Source of the DNA: Dyella tabacisoli
GTDB lineage: Bacteria > Pseudomonadota > Gammaproteobacteria > Xanthomonadales > Rhodanobacteraceae
NCBI RefSeq assembly: GCF_003350925.1
Contig: NZ_KZ857174.1
Span: 499,484-563,483, forward strand
Length of the DNA stretch: 64,000 bases
Direction of reading: 5' to 3'
Within the stretch, counting starts at the first letter, position 1. Each line of letters opens with the position of its first letter. Under the pieces are notes generated by a model. It did no database searches and had not been told where the DNA came from. It saw only the letters and a program-made list of their open reading frames with translations. A program made the translations under genes and the position numbers. Of this stretch, positions 11,758 to 22,873 are shown in pieces.

Positions 11758-12285
11758 ATCGCAACCACCGACAACAAGGGCAATCGCCGTAATCTCGAAA
11801 TCCGCGTCCCGCGCGTACGCGTGATTGGCGCTGATGCAGAGCAGCTAGGCATTCTCACCCGTGACGAGGCCTTGCGCCTGGCCGAAGAGGTCGGCATGGA
11901 TCTGGTTGAGATCCAGCCCAACGGCGATCCGCCGGTCTGCCGCATCATGGACTACGGCAAGTTCAAGTTCGAAACCCAGAAGAAGGCCCAGGCGGCCAAG
12001 AAGAAGCAAAAGCAGGTCGAAATCAAGGAAGTGAAGTTCCGTCCGGTAACGGATGTGGGCGACTACCAGATCAAGCTGCGCAATATGCTTCGCTTCCTTG
12101 AGGAGGGTGACAAGGTCAAAGTCACCATTCGCTTCCGCGGTCGCGAGATGTCGCATCAGGATCTGGGCCAGAATCTGGCTAGAAAGATCCAGGAAGACAT
12201 TGGCGAGAGCGGTCAAGTCGAGTCGTTCCCGCGTCTCGAAGGCCGTCAGATGGTCATGATGATCGGACCGAAGAAAAAGCAGTAA
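11758..12285 (+). CDS. infC: translation initiation factor IF-3, probably with a non-AUG (AUC/AUU-type) start
   Basis: The IF3 family sequence (…[20 protein letters not shown]…KFKFETQKK…) is open in frame upstream of the ORF-finder GTG at 11821. GGAGGA at 11745-11750 is followed 7 nt later by an in-frame ATC at 11758. E. coli infC uses an AUU start. Confidence 0.75.
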   Translation: MATTDNKGNRRNLEIRVPRVRVIGADAEQLGILTRDEALRLAEEVGMDLVEIQPNGDPPVCRIMDYGKFKFETQKKAQAAKKKQKQVEIKEVKFRPVTDVGDYQIKLRNMLRFLEEGDKVKVTIRFRGREMSHQDLGQNLARKIQEDIGESGQVESFPRLEGRQMVMMIGPKKKQ

Positions 12286-12540
12286 AGCTAATGGCAGCCT
12301 TCGGGCTGCCGTTTGGTTTTGGGCTGCCAACCCGCTTATCCAGGGTGATGTCTCCCCGCCAGGGGAGGGCCTTGCTGCATTAATTGCTGGCGTTTACGTG
12401 GGTTCCCCCGTACAATCGCCGGTTCGACCCCTATGGACGGGTCGTGAACCGATCCCGGCAGGACGGAAAGTGTGGCTTTAAGGAGCCACCGCCAGATCAG
12501 TCAGAAACCGGGGGTTATTCCCCACCTATGGAGCATTTCC

Positions 12541-12738
12541 ATGCCCAAGATCAAGACCAACCGGGCGGCGGCGAAGCGTTTTCGCAAAACCGCATCCGGC
12601 AAAATCAAATGCGGTCACGCCTTCAAGTCACACATCCTGACCAAGAAGTCGACCAAGCGTAAGCGCGGCCTGCGTGCTACGAATCATCTCAAAGCTTGCG
12701 ACACCAAGGGTGTAGCTCGCATGTTGCCGTACTTGTAA
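12541..12738 (+). CDS. rpmI: 50S ribosomal protein L35
   Basis: [23 protein letters not shown]…; 65 aa. Confidence 0.95.
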   Translation: MPKIKTNRAAAKRFRKTASGKIKCGHAFKSHILTKKSTKRKRGLRATNHLKACDTKGVARMLPYL

Positions 12739-12754
12739 GGCGGGGAGATAAACC

Positions 12755-13114
12755 ATGGCTCGTGTAAAGCGCGGTGTTACCGCTCGTCGTCGTCACAAGA
12801 AAATCATCGGTCGTGCAAAGGGCTATTACAATGCCCGCCGCAAGGTCTTCCGCGTTGCTAACCAGGCCGTCATCAAGGCTGGTCAGTACGCTTATATCGG
12901 TCGTAAGCAGCGCAAGCGTCAGTTCCGCGCGTTGTGGATCGTGCGTATCAATGCTGCCGCCCGTCAGTTCGGTCTGTCCTACAGCCGTCTCATCAACGGT
13001 TTGGCCAAGGCCGGCATCACGGTCGACCGCAAAGTGCTGGCGGACATCGCCGTGCACGACATCAAGGCGTTTGGCGCGATTGCAGAGAAGGCCAAGGCCA
13101 GTCTGGCCGCTTGA
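12755..13114 (+). CDS. rplT: 50S ribosomal protein L20
   Basis: [18 protein letters not shown]…; 119 aa. Confidence 0.95.
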   Translation: MARVKRGVTARRRHKKIIGRAKGYYNARRKVFRVANQAVIKAGQYAYIGRKQRKRQFRALWIVRINAAARQFGLSYSRLINGLAKAGITVDRKVLADIAVHDIKAFGAIAEKAKASLAA

Positions 13115-13140
13115 CCGTCCGGTGCGTCGCGTTTAGTTAA

Positions 13141-14229
<1,089 letters not shown>

Positions 14230-14334
14230 TGGCGGTGAATCGTCAATCGGGAGTGGCAAGCCGGCAACGCCAGTGCATCGCGGCTTGCGGTTTTCTCACC
14301 CCTTGTTTCCATTCCCTATTCCCGGCTTCCCAAC

Positions 14335-16701
14335 ATGAAATTCTCTGAGAACTGGTTACGTGAGTTAGTCGAGGTCAAGGCCGATCGCGCCGCGCTGGCG
14401 CATGCGCTGACCATGGCAGGGCTGGAAGTAGAAGAGTTGACTGTGCTGGGTGAAGGCCTGGCCGGTGTGGTGGTGGCTGAAATCATTGCCGCCGAAAAAC
14501 ATCCCGAAGCGGATCGCTTGCAGGTGTGCAAGGTCGATACGGGGCGGGGCGAGTTGTTGCAGATTGTGTGCGGTGCGCCGAATGCACGCGTCGGCATCAA
14601 GGTACCGTTGGCCACCGTAGGTGCGAACCTTCCGGGCGGCATGGCCATCAAGGCGGCCAAGCTGCGTGGAGTGGAATCGTTCGGCATGCTGTGTTCGGCG
14701 AAAGAGCTGGGTATCGATAACGATGCTTCCGGCTTGCTGGAGTTGCCGGCAGAGGCCACGGTCGGCCAGTCGCTGGCCGACTATCTTGGTTTGCCCGATG
14801 CCAGCATCGAACTGAAACTCACGCCCAATCGCCCCGACTGCCTTGGCCTGGTGGGTCTGGCCCATGACGTCGCGGCGCTGTTCGGCAGCACGGTGAAGGT
14901 GCCGGCACAGGCGGACATCACTGTCACCAGTGAGGCGCGCCGTGGTATCCGGCTTGAGGCGGGTGCCGATGCCCCACGCTACCTCGGCCGTATCGTCGAG
15001 GGTATCGACCCGGCCGCGCGCACGCCGTTGTGGCTTGCCGAGCGGCTGCGTCGTGCAGGTTTGCGTCCGATCAGTGCGGTGGTCGATATCACCAATTACG
15101 TGATGCTGGAGCTTGGCCAGCCGATGCATGCCTTCGACAACGATAAGTTGCAGGGCGACATCGTGGTGCGGCATGCCCGCGCTGGCGAGACCTTGAAACT
15201 GCTGGACGGCAGCGAAGCCAAGTTGGATGCCGGCTTCGTCTTGATCGCCGATGAGCACCATCCGCTAGCCGTAGCGGGCGTGATGGGCGGCTTTGATTCC
15301 CGCGTTACCGACGCCACGCAGCATATTTTCTTGGAGTCCGCACACTTTGCGCCGGCGGCGATCATGGGGCGCGCGCGCAAGCTAGGCATGCACACCGATG
15401 CTTCGCATCGCTTTGAGCGCGGCGTGGACCCGGAGCTGCCACGCCGTGCGCTAGAGCGCGCCACAGAATTGCTGCTGTCTATTGCCGGTGGCAAGGCCGG
15501 ACCGGTACTGATCGCCGAGAATCTGGCTGACCTGCCACCACCAGCCGCGGTCATCCTGCGTCGCGCACGTCTTAAGCGCGTACTAGGCGTGGATGTGGCC
15601 GACGTAGAAGTAGTGCGCATTTTCACGGCGCTGGGTATGAAGGTTGAGTCGTTGGCGGATGGCTGGCGTATCACAGCGCCAAGCAGCCGTTTCGACATCG
15701 AGCGCGAAGAGGACCTGATCGAAGAGGTTGCACGCATCTTCGGTTACGACAACATTCCAACGTATACCCCTGCCGGGGCGCTGACCCTGGCGATTGAGCC
15801 GGAAGGTCGCCTCAATGAGTTGGCGGTGCGCGAACAACTGGCGGCACGCGGCTATTACGAGGCGGTGAATCTTTCCTTTGTCTCGATGGAGCTGCTTACG
15901 CAGTGGGGTTTCAGCGAGCACTTGGTGCCGCTGCTCAATCCGCTTTCAGCGGACTTGGCGGTCATGCGTCCCTCGCTGCTGCCGGGTTTGATCGAGGCCT
16001 TGCGCCACAACAGCGCACGTCAGCAAGAGCGCGTGCGCTTGTTCGAGTTGGCTCGCGTGTTTGGTGAAACCGAAACGCCCAGTCTGGCCATCGTCGCCAG
16101 CGGTGCTGCGCGTGCGGAGCAATGGGGCGAGCCGGCCCGCATGCTGGACTTTCATGATCTCAAGGGCGACCTTGATGCGTTGATCGCCTGGGGCGGTGAG
16201 CCGCAACGCTGGTCGGTGCACGCCGACGGCTTGCCGAGCTGGTTGCACCCAGGGCGTGCGGCACGTGTGGCGCGGGATGGCGGCACGGTCGGTTATCTCG
16301 GCGCCTTACATCCGCAACTGGCCAGGGCGCTCGATCTGGGTCCCGATGTGCACGTGCTTGAGCTGGCTTTGGAGCCGCTGTTGGCCCGCCGTCTGCCCAG
16401 GGCGCTACCCGTACCGCGCTACCCTTCGGTGCGTCGCGATATCGCCATGGATTTACCGGAAGAGGTGAGCTGGGTCCAGGTCGAGCATGCCGTGCGTGGC
16501 AGCCTTGGCGGTTTGCTCAAGGAGCTGCGGCTGTTTGACCGCTACAGCGGCAAAGGGGTCGAGGCGGGCCGAAAAAGTCTCGCTATGGGCTTGATTTTAC
16601 AGGACGCTTCACGCACCCTTACCGACGTTGACGCCGACCAATGCGTAGGGGAAGCGGTCGCTGCGTTGGAGAAAGCATGCAAGGCAAGATTGCGAGGATG
16701 A
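14335..16701 (+). CDS. pheT: phenylalanyl-tRNA synthetase beta subunit
   Basis: 788 aa. N-terminus [14 protein letters not shown]. tRNA-binding, B3/B4, B5 and FDX-ACB domain order. Confidence 0.95.
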   Translation: MKFSENWLRELVEVKADRAALAHALTMAGLEVEELTVLGEGLAGVVVAEIIAAEKHPEADRLQVCKVDTGRGELLQIVCGAPNARVGIKVPLATVGANLPGGMAIKAAKLRGVESFGMLCSAKELGIDNDASGLLELPAEATVGQSLADYLGLPDASIELKLTPNRPDCLGLVGLAHDVAALFGSTVKVPAQADITVTSEARRGIRLEAGADAPRYLGRIVEGIDPAARTPLWLAERLRRAGLRPISAVVDITNYVMLELGQPMHAFDNDKLQGDIVVRHARAGETLKLLDGSEAKLDAGFVLIADEHHPLAVAGVMGGFDSRVTDATQHIFLESAHFAPAAIMGRARKLGMHTDASHRFERGVDPELPRRALERATELLLSIAGGKAGPVLIAENLADLPPPAAVILRRARLKRVLGVDVADVEVVRIFTALGMKVESLADGWRITAPSSRFDIEREEDLIEEVARIFGYDNIPTYTPAGALTLAIEPEGRLNELAVREQLAARGYYEAVNLSFVSMELLTQWGFSEHLVPLLNPLSADLAVMRPSLLPGLIEALRHNSARQQERVRLFELARVFGETETPSLAIVASGAARAEQWGEPARMLDFHDLKGDLDALIAWGGEPQRWSVHADGLPSWLHPGRAARVARDGGTVGYLGALHPQLARALDLGPDVHVLELALEPLLARRLPRALPVPRYPSVRRDIAMDLPEEVSWVQVEHAVRGSLGGLLKELRLFDRYSGKGVEAGRKSLAMGLILQDASRTLTDVDADQCVGEAVAALEKACKARLRG

Positions 16702-16702
16702 C

Positions 16703-17002
16703 ATGGCGCTGACCAAGGCGGAGATGGCAGAGCGCCTTTTCCTCGAGGTGGGTCTCAACAAGCGTGAAGCGAAGGAATTCGTGGATGCTTATTTTGAGGT
16801 GATCCGCGAAGCGTTGGAAAAAGGCGAGCAGGTGAAGTTGTCCGGTTTCGGCAATTTCGACCTGCGCGAGAAGAACCAGCGGCCGGGGCGCAACCCCAAA
16901 ACCGGTGAGGAGATTCCGATCTCCGCCCGGCGAGTAGTGACGTTCCGACCAGGTCAGAAACTCAAGGTGAGAGTCGAGGGCTATGCTGGATCAAGGGAAT
17001 AA
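16703..17002 (+). CDS. ihfA: integration host factor alpha subunit
   Basis: 99 aa. [13 protein letters not shown]…[26 protein letters not shown], a DNABII-fold signature. Confidence 0.95.
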   Translation: MALTKAEMAERLFLEVGLNKREAKEFVDAYFEVIREALEKGEQVKLSGFGNFDLREKNQRPGRNPKTGEEIPISARRVVTFRPGQKLKVRVEGYAGSRE

Positions 17003-17339
17003 CACCGAACTACCCGCTATCCCGGCCAAGCGCTATTTCACCATTGGTGAAGTCAGCGACTTGTGTGGGGTGAAGCCGCACGTGCTGCGCTACTGGGAGC
17101 AAGAGTTCCCGGCGCTCAATCCGGTCAAGCGGCGCGGTAACCGCCGTTATTACCAGCGCCACGACGTGCTGATGATTCGGCAGATCCGCTCGTTGCTGTA
17201 TGACGAGGGTTTCACCATCACCGGTGCCCGTGCCCGGCTGGAAGGCCCGCAGGCGCGGATGGAAGCAAGCATCTCGCATCAAATCGTGCGCCAGGTGCGC
17301 ATGGAGTTGGAAGAAGTTTTAGGGCTATTGCGGCGCTGA
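16983..17339 (+). CDS. MerR-family transcriptional regulator (conserved ihfA-downstream gene)
   Basis: [25 protein letters not shown]…[11 protein letters not shown]. It overlaps the ihfA 3' end by 20 nt. The ihfA-MerR-tRNA-Pro order matches what I recall from Pseudomonas and relatives. Confidence 0.8.
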   Translation: MLDQGNNTELPAIPAKRYFTIGEVSDLCGVKPHVLRYWEQEFPALNPVKRRGNRRYYQRHDVLMIRQIRSLLYDEGFTITGARARLEGPQARMEASISHQIVRQVRMELEEVLGLLRR

Positions 17340-17412
17340 ATACGGCTCGCTTTAAAAGATAGCTTCCGAAGTTGTCGCGCGAGCTGTTAAACTCGCCGAC
17401 TTGCCGTATCGT

Positions 17413-17489
17413 CGGGGCGTAGCGCAGCCTGGTAGCGCATCTGCCTGGGGGGCAGAGGGTCGTGGGTTCGAATCCCGCCGCCCCGACCA
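17413..17489 (+). tRNA. tRNA-Pro (anticodon GGG), CCA encoded
   Basis: Acceptor cggggcg/cgccccg, anticodon arm tctgc-ctGGGgg-gcaga, T loop ttcgaat, terminal a-cca. Confidence 0.85.
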
Positions 17490-17523
17490 ATTCGGAACCC
17501 GAGCAACTCGGGGCATAAATAAG

Positions 17524-17552
17524 AAACGGCGCCGATGGCGCCGTTTTGCATT
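17524..17552 (+). terminator. rho-independent terminator after tRNA-Pro
   Basis: aaacggcgcc gat ggcgccgttt followed by tgcattt. Confidence 0.65.
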
Positions 17553-17785
17553 TCGGGGCCAGGCAATGGCACATAGACGGTTGGCTCCCGGATCGGTTGA
17601 CCCTTTTGTCACCCCGTTATTTCCTTCGTTTAAGCCGCCCATGGCTAGATGAACTCAGAGCCATCAGGCGAGCAGCGCCCCACTGGCGCCGCGGCCGAGC
17701 GTGAGTAGGATGCGCATCACGGACAGCGAGGGGCGCTCTCCGATGATGCAATCCAACCTGACTTAATCTGATCCGAGGGGAATCC

Positions 17786-18121
17786 ATGATGAAGCTGAAA
17801 TCCACGCTAGTCGCCGCCGTGCTGCTTGCTGCAAGTTTGACGGTTGGTGCCGCGCAGGCTGCCGATACCAAATGGCAAAAAAATCACCCGCGTCGCGAAC
17901 AGGTCAATAACCGGCTGCAGAACCAGAATAAGCGTATTCACCAAGAGGTGAAGGAAGGCGATCTGACCAAGGCACAAGCGGCCAGCTTGCACAAGGACGA
18001 TCGGCAGATCCGCCAGGAAGAGCGCGATATGGCCAGCCAGAACCACGGCCATATCACCAAACAGGAACAGCGCACGTTGAATCAGCAGGAAAACCAGGCC
18101 AGCAAGCAGATTGGGAAATAA
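17786..18121 (+). CDS. small secreted protein with an LTXXQ-like motif (Spy/CpxP-like?)
   Basis: 111 aa. Signal peptide with AQA/AD cleavage. The mature part is K/Q/E-rich and helical, with DLTKAQ and ITKQEQ motifs. Confidence 0.4.
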   Translation: MMKLKSTLVAAVLLAASLTVGAAQAADTKWQKNHPRREQVNNRLQNQNKRIHQEVKEGDLTKAQAASLHKDDRQIRQEERDMASQNHGHITKQEQRTLNQQENQASKQIGK

Positions 18122-18262
18122 GGAAGGGCGGGGAATGGGAATAGGGAACGGGGAACGTGAAGTTTGAGTGGCTACTGGGCGCCGCGTTCATTTTGATCTT
18201 GACGTGTTTTTGCTCTTGCTTTTTCGCTTCTGCTTTTTAGGCCGTTCCCCGTTCCCCGTTCC

Positions 18263-19498
18263 TCAATACAGCACCCGGCTCCGCAACGTGCCGGGGATCG
18301 CAGCGAGTTGGTCTTTGAGCAAGACGGCCTGTGCTTCGGTCGTCGACACATCGATGACGACGTAGCCGACTTGCGGATCGGTTTGCAGGAACTGCGCATC
18401 GATATTGATATTGCCGGCGGAAAACAGCTCGTTAATGCGCGACAGCATGCCCGGCACGTTCTTGTGGATATGCAACAGGCGGCGACTGTTCGGATGCTCT
18501 GGTAGCGACACCTCAGGGAAGTTCACTGCCGACAGCGTCGAGCCGTTATCGCTATAGCGCACCAGTTTGTTAGCCACCTCGATACCGATATTGTCCTGCG
18601 CTTCCAGCGTGCTGCCGCCGATGTGCGGGGTGAGAATCACGTTGTCCATGCCGACCAGTGGCGAAACGAAGGCGTCGTCGTTGCCCTTCGGCTCGATCGG
18701 GAACACGTCCACGGCCGCGCCAGCCAAATGGCCGCTGCGCAGCGCGGCGGCAAGTGCATCGATATCCACCACGCTGCCGCGCGAGGCGTTAATCAGCATG
18801 GCTCCAGAGCGCATACGCGCAATCTCGCTTGCGCCGATCATCATCTGCGTGGCGGGCGTTTCGGGGACATGCAGAGTTACCACGTCGGCACGTTCGAGCA
18901 GATCGTTAAGCCCTGCGGACGCACGTGCGTTGCCTAGCGACAGCTTCGATTCGATGTCGTGGAAGATCACCCGCATGCCGAGGCCTTCGGCCAGCACACC
19001 GACCTGGGTGCCGATATGGCCGTAGCCGACGATGCCAAGCACTTTGTCGCGAGTCTCAAAGCTGCCGGCGGCTGATTTGGTCCAGCCGCCACGGTGGCAA
19101 AGGGCGTTTTTCTGCGGAATGCCGCGCAATAACATGATCGCCTCGGCAATCACCAGCTCGGCCACGCTGCGGGTATTGGAGTAGGGCGCGTTGAACACCG
19201 GGATGCCGAGCCGCCGGGCCGCTTCCAGGTCCACCTGGTTGGTGCCGATGCAAAAGCAACCTACCGCGATCAGCCGCTTTGCCTGCGCCAATACCTCGCC
19301 GGTCAGGTGCGTGCGCGAGCGGATGCCGACGAGGTGAGCATCGGCGATGCGTGCTTTGAGCTCCGCCTCGGGCAGGGATTTTTCGTGGAATTCGATTTGG
19401 CTGTAACCGGCGCGCCGGAAATTTTCCACGGCGTTTTGACTGACCCCCTCCAGCAGCAGGACTTTGATGTCTTGTTTGGGAAAGGAGGTTTTCATGCC
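18263..19498 (-). CDS. serA: D-3-phosphoglycerate dehydrogenase with a C-terminal ACT domain
   Basis: Aligns along its full length with E. coli SerA (…IGCFCIGTNQVDL…GYGHIGTQ…SDNGSTLSAVNFPEVSL…IPGT(I/L)R(A/S)R(L/V)LY). Start chosen at MKTSFPKQDIKVLLLEG. Confidence 0.93.
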   Translation of the reverse strand, partial: GMKTSFPKQDIKVLLLEGVSQNAVENFRRAGYSQIEFHEKSLPEAELKARIADAHLVGIRSRTHLTGEVLAQAKRLIAVGCFCIGTNQVDLEAARRLGIPVFNAPYSNTRSVAELVIAEAIMLLRGIPQKNALCHRGGWTKSAAGSFETRDKVLGIVGYGHIGTQVGVLAEGLGMRVIFHDIESKLSLGNARASAGLNDLLERADVVTLHVPETPATQMMIGASEIARMRSGAMLINASRGSVVDIDALAAALRSGHLAGAAVDVFPIEPKGNDDAFVSPLVGMDNVILTPHIGGSTLEAQDNIGIEVANKLVRYSDNGSTLSAVNFPEVSLPEHPNSRRLLHIHKNVPGMLSRINELFSAGNINIDAQFLQTDPQVGYVVIDVSTTEAQAVLLKDQLAAIPGTLRSRVLY

Positions 19499-19615
19499 GG
19501 CCGCCGCTGATTGGAGGGCCATCACTATGCCAGATGTTTTGCCTTTTGCGGCGGCGCACCACTAGACCGCAACGCCTGCGACTGGCAGGCTGCGCTCATG
19601 TCTTGTGGAGCTGTC

Positions 19616-20998
19616 ATGACCGATGCCCGTCTCGCCGAACTTATCGGCCGGTTGCCCAACTTGCGCCTGCTTACCGAGCCGGGGGATCTCGAACACTACG
19701 GTCGGGACTGGACCCGGCGCTGGACGCCGGCGCCGTTGGCTATTGCCTTGCCGGCAAGCATCGACGAAGTGCAGGCGATCATTCGCTGGGCCAATGCGCA
19801 CCACGTCGCCATCGTGCCTTCCGGTGGTCGCACTGGGCTTTCCGGCGGGGCGGTGGCAGCGCAAGGTGAGCTGGTACTCAGCCTGGAGCGGATGAATCGC
19901 GTAATGGCTTTCGATGCAGTGGATCGCACACTGACCGTGCAATCAGGTATCACCTTGCAGGCAGTACACGATGCGTCACACGCCCATGGCTTGATCTACC
20001 CAGTGGATTTCGCGGCGCGTGGCTCGTGTTCCATCGGCGGCAATATCGCCACCAATGCCGGCGGTATCCGCGTCATTCGCTATGGCAATACGCGCGAATG
20101 GATCGCCGGACTCAAAGTGATCGCCGGCAATGGCGAACTGCTGGAGCTCAATCGCGGCCTTATCAAGAATTCCAGCGGCTATGACTTGCGCCAGTTGATG
20201 ATCGGTTCGGAAGGCACCTTGGGTGTGGTGGTGGAGGCAACGCTCCGGCTTACCGATCCGCCGCCGCCATCCCAGGTGATGTTGTTGGCGCTGCCGGATA
20301 TGGACGCCTTGATGCAGGTTTTTGCGGTGTTTCGCGAGAAATTGTCCTTACAGGCTTTTGAATTTTTCACTGATGTCGCCCAGCGTCATGTACTGGCACA
20401 TGGTGCGCAGCGTGCCATCGACGGCGACTACCCGTACTACGTGGTGACCGAATTCGATGCCATCGACGAGCAGGCGATGGAGGCGGCGCTGGCCGCGTTT
20501 GAACACTGCGTCGAACAAGGCTGGGCCAGCGACGGTGTGATTGCACAGAGCGAAGCGCAGGCAGCGGCTTTGTGGCGGTTGCGTGAAGGCATTACCGAAA
20601 GCCTCGCGCCGCATCGTCCGTACAAGAACGATATTTCGGTGCGGATCGCTGCCGTGCCGGCTTTTCTGCAGGAAATGCAGGAGTTGCTGGCGCGCGAGTA
20701 CCCGCATTTCGACGTGGTCTGGTTTGGTCATATCGGCGATGGCAACCTGCACATCAATGTGCTCAAGCCGGATGCGTTGGCCGATGCCGAGTTCATCAGT
20801 CAATGCGAACACGTGACCAAGCTGCTCGCAGAGACGCTGCATCGTCACGGCGGCAGTATCTCGGCCGAGCACGGTATCGGGCTGGTCAAGCGCGCCTATC
20901 TGGAAAGCACCCGCAGCGCGGCGGAAATTGCGCTGATGCGTGGTGTGCGCCAGGTCTTCGATCCTAATGGCGTGCTGAATCCGGGCAAGTTGTTTTAA
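19616..20998 (+). CDS. FAD-linked oxidase (GlcD/D-lactate dehydrogenase family), probable D-2-hydroxyglutarate dehydrogenase
   Basis: FAD_binding_4 (…IVPSGGRTGLSGGAV…) plus an FAD-oxidase C-terminal domain. Divergent from serA. Start chosen at MTDARLAEL; the ORF is open from 19511. Confidence 0.75.
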   Translation: MTDARLAELIGRLPNLRLLTEPGDLEHYGRDWTRRWTPAPLAIALPASIDEVQAIIRWANAHHVAIVPSGGRTGLSGGAVAAQGELVLSLERMNRVMAFDAVDRTLTVQSGITLQAVHDASHAHGLIYPVDFAARGSCSIGGNIATNAGGIRVIRYGNTREWIAGLKVIAGNGELLELNRGLIKNSSGYDLRQLMIGSEGTLGVVVEATLRLTDPPPPSQVMLLALPDMDALMQVFAVFREKLSLQAFEFFTDVAQRHVLAHGAQRAIDGDYPYYVVTEFDAIDEQAMEAALAAFEHCVEQGWASDGVIAQSEAQAAALWRLREGITESLAPHRPYKNDISVRIAAVPAFLQEMQELLAREYPHFDVVWFGHIGDGNLHINVLKPDALADAEFISQCEHVTKLLAETLHRHGGSISAEHGIGLVKRAYLESTRSAAEIALMRGVRQVFDPNGVLNPGKLF

Positions 20999-21072
20999 TC
21001 GCCGACAAGCAGGGTGACATGACGTCCATGCTAGCCTTTGCGGCCCTTATCGCCACTTGAGGAGCGCCAGGC

Positions 21073-22029
21073 ATGGCCGAGGACCGTCGTTCGCTATACC
21101 CCGAGATCGAGCCGTTCGACAGCGGCATGCTCGCGGTTTCGCCGTTGCATACGTTGTACTACGAGCAGAGCGGCAACCCTCATGGCAAGCCGGTGGTGTT
21201 TCTGCATGGCGGCCCCGGTGGTGGGACCAACCCCAAATGCCGGCGTTTCTTTGATCCGGCGGTCTACCGTATTGTGCTGTTCGATCAGCGCGGCTGCGGT
21301 AAATCCACTCCGCACGCGGAACTCACCGACAACACCACTTGGGATCTGGTGGCGGATATTGAGCGCCTGCGCGAGCATCTGAGCATCCAGCGCTGGCAGG
21401 TGTTTGGCGGTTCGTGGGGTTCGACCCTGGCGCTTGCATATGCGCAGACTCATCCAGACAAAGTCACCGAACTGGTTCTGCGCGGCATTTTCATGCTGCG
21501 TCGCTGGGAATTGGAATGGTTTTATCAAAAGGGCTGCGACGCGCTTTATCCCGACGCGTGGGAAACCTATCTCAGCGTGATTCCTGAAGCGGAGCGCGGC
21601 GACCTGATGAGTGCCTACCATCGACGCCTCACCAGCAGCGATGCGAAAACCCGTGTCGATGCGGCTCGCGCATGGTCGGTGTGGGAGGGTGCCACCAGTT
21701 ATTTGTATCAAGACACCGCGCACATTGTTTCCAGTGGCGAAGACGAATTTGCCTTGGCCTTTGCGCGCATCGAATGCCATTACTTCGTGCATGGCGGCTT
21801 CTTCGAGCATGACGACCAGCTACTGCGTCATGTCGAGCGTATTCGGCAAATTCCCGCAGTGATCGTGCAAGGGCGTTACGACGTGGTCTGTCCGATGCGC
21901 AGTGCCTGGGATTTGCACCGCGCCTGGCCGCAGGCCGATCTGCGCGTGGTGCAGGATGCCGGCCATTCGGCGTTCGAGCCGGGCATTATCCATGAGCTGA
22001 TCGAGGCGACGGATCGCTTTCGTCGCTGA
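21073..22029 (+). CDS. pip: proline iminopeptidase (S33 family)
   Basis: LYPEIEPFDSGMLAVSPLHTLYYEQSGNPHGKPVVFLHGGPGGG…GGSWGSTLAL, a typical prolyl aminopeptidase. Confidence 0.9.
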   Translation: MAEDRRSLYPEIEPFDSGMLAVSPLHTLYYEQSGNPHGKPVVFLHGGPGGGTNPKCRRFFDPAVYRIVLFDQRGCGKSTPHAELTDNTTWDLVADIERLREHLSIQRWQVFGGSWGSTLALAYAQTHPDKVTELVLRGIFMLRRWELEWFYQKGCDALYPDAWETYLSVIPEAERGDLMSAYHRRLTSSDAKTRVDAARAWSVWEGATSYLYQDTAHIVSSGEDEFALAFARIECHYFVHGGFFEHDDQLLRHVERIRQIPAVIVQGRYDVVCPMRSAWDLHRAWPQADLRVVQDAGHSAFEPGIIHELIEATDRFRR

Positions 22030-22065
22030 GTCGACGATAGTGAGCTACGGCGGGCGAGCGCCGAT

Positions 22066-22710
22066 TTACTCGGTGCTCGGTAGCTGCTTGGTCCCGAAAA
22101 TCTTGTCGCCGGCATCGCCAAGGCCCGGCAAGATGTAGCCGTGTTCATTGAGCCGCTGATCGATCGATGCCGTGTAGATTTCGATATCCGGGTGAGTGGC
22201 GATGACCCGTTCGATACCTTCGGGCGCGGCAACCAGAAATAGCCCCTTGATGCGTTTGCAGCCGGCGGCTTTGAGCATGTCCACGGTGGCGATCAAGGTA
22301 CCGGCCGTGGCCAGCATCGGGTCGACGATCAAGGCGATGCGCTCATCCATGCGCCCACTGAGCTTTTCGTAATAAGCGACCGGCTTGAGCGTTACCTCGT
22401 CGCGCTGCACGCCCACCACGCTGACCTTGGCGGCGGGAATCATATCGAGTACGCCAGGCAACATGCCAAGGCCGGCGCGCAGAATCGGCACGATGGTGAT
22501 TTTTTTGCCCTTGATCTGCTGGACATCCAGTGGTCCGGCCCAGCCCTCGATACGCTGCTCGATGGTTTCCAGATCCTTGGTGGCCTCATAGGTAAGCAGA
22601 GCGGCGACCTCGGAGGCCAATTCGCGAAAATCTTTAGTGCTGATACCGGCGCGACGCATCAAGCCGAGCTTGTGTTGAATCAGCGGGTGGCGGACTTCGA
22701 CGATTTTCAT
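22066..22710 (-). CDS. upp: uracil phosphoribosyltransferase
   Basis: [19 protein letters not shown]…ILRAGLGM…DPMLATAGT, canonical Upp. Confidence 0.93.
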   Translation of the reverse strand: MKIVEVRHPLIQHKLGLMRRAGISTKDFRELASEVAALLTYEATKDLETIEQRIEGWAGPLDVQQIKGKKITIVPILRAGLGMLPGVLDMIPAAKVSVVGVQRDEVTLKPVAYYEKLSGRMDERIALIVDPMLATAGTLIATVDMLKAAGCKRIKGLFLVAAPEGIERVIATHPDIEIYTASIDQRLNEHGYILPGLGDAGDKIFGTKQLPSTE

Positions 22711-22873
22711 GGCTGGACCTGTCAACAAGGCAGGTCAGATTGTGACTCAGCATCGATGTTCCGGGCGAGCGAATCGATGCGGGCAATGAGATAAGGCAGG
22801 CAAGTCGAAGTAGAGAAAGGGGGTGCCGAGGACAAGCCAAGGCGCGGCACCCCGCCAAGCTACGCGTGCCGAT

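Noticed and set aside
14365-15261. 298-aa minus-strand ORF inside pheT, and similar antisense ORFs inside uvrB (7904-8665) and the GH27 gene (1133-1657)
   Set aside because: Same reasoning: antisense frames within conserved genes.
18168-18365. 65-aa ORF spanning the inverted-repeat region and the serA 3' end
   Set aside because: It overlaps the serA stop region on the opposite strand and lies inside a structured inverted repeat. No Shine-Dalgarno, low-complexity sequence.
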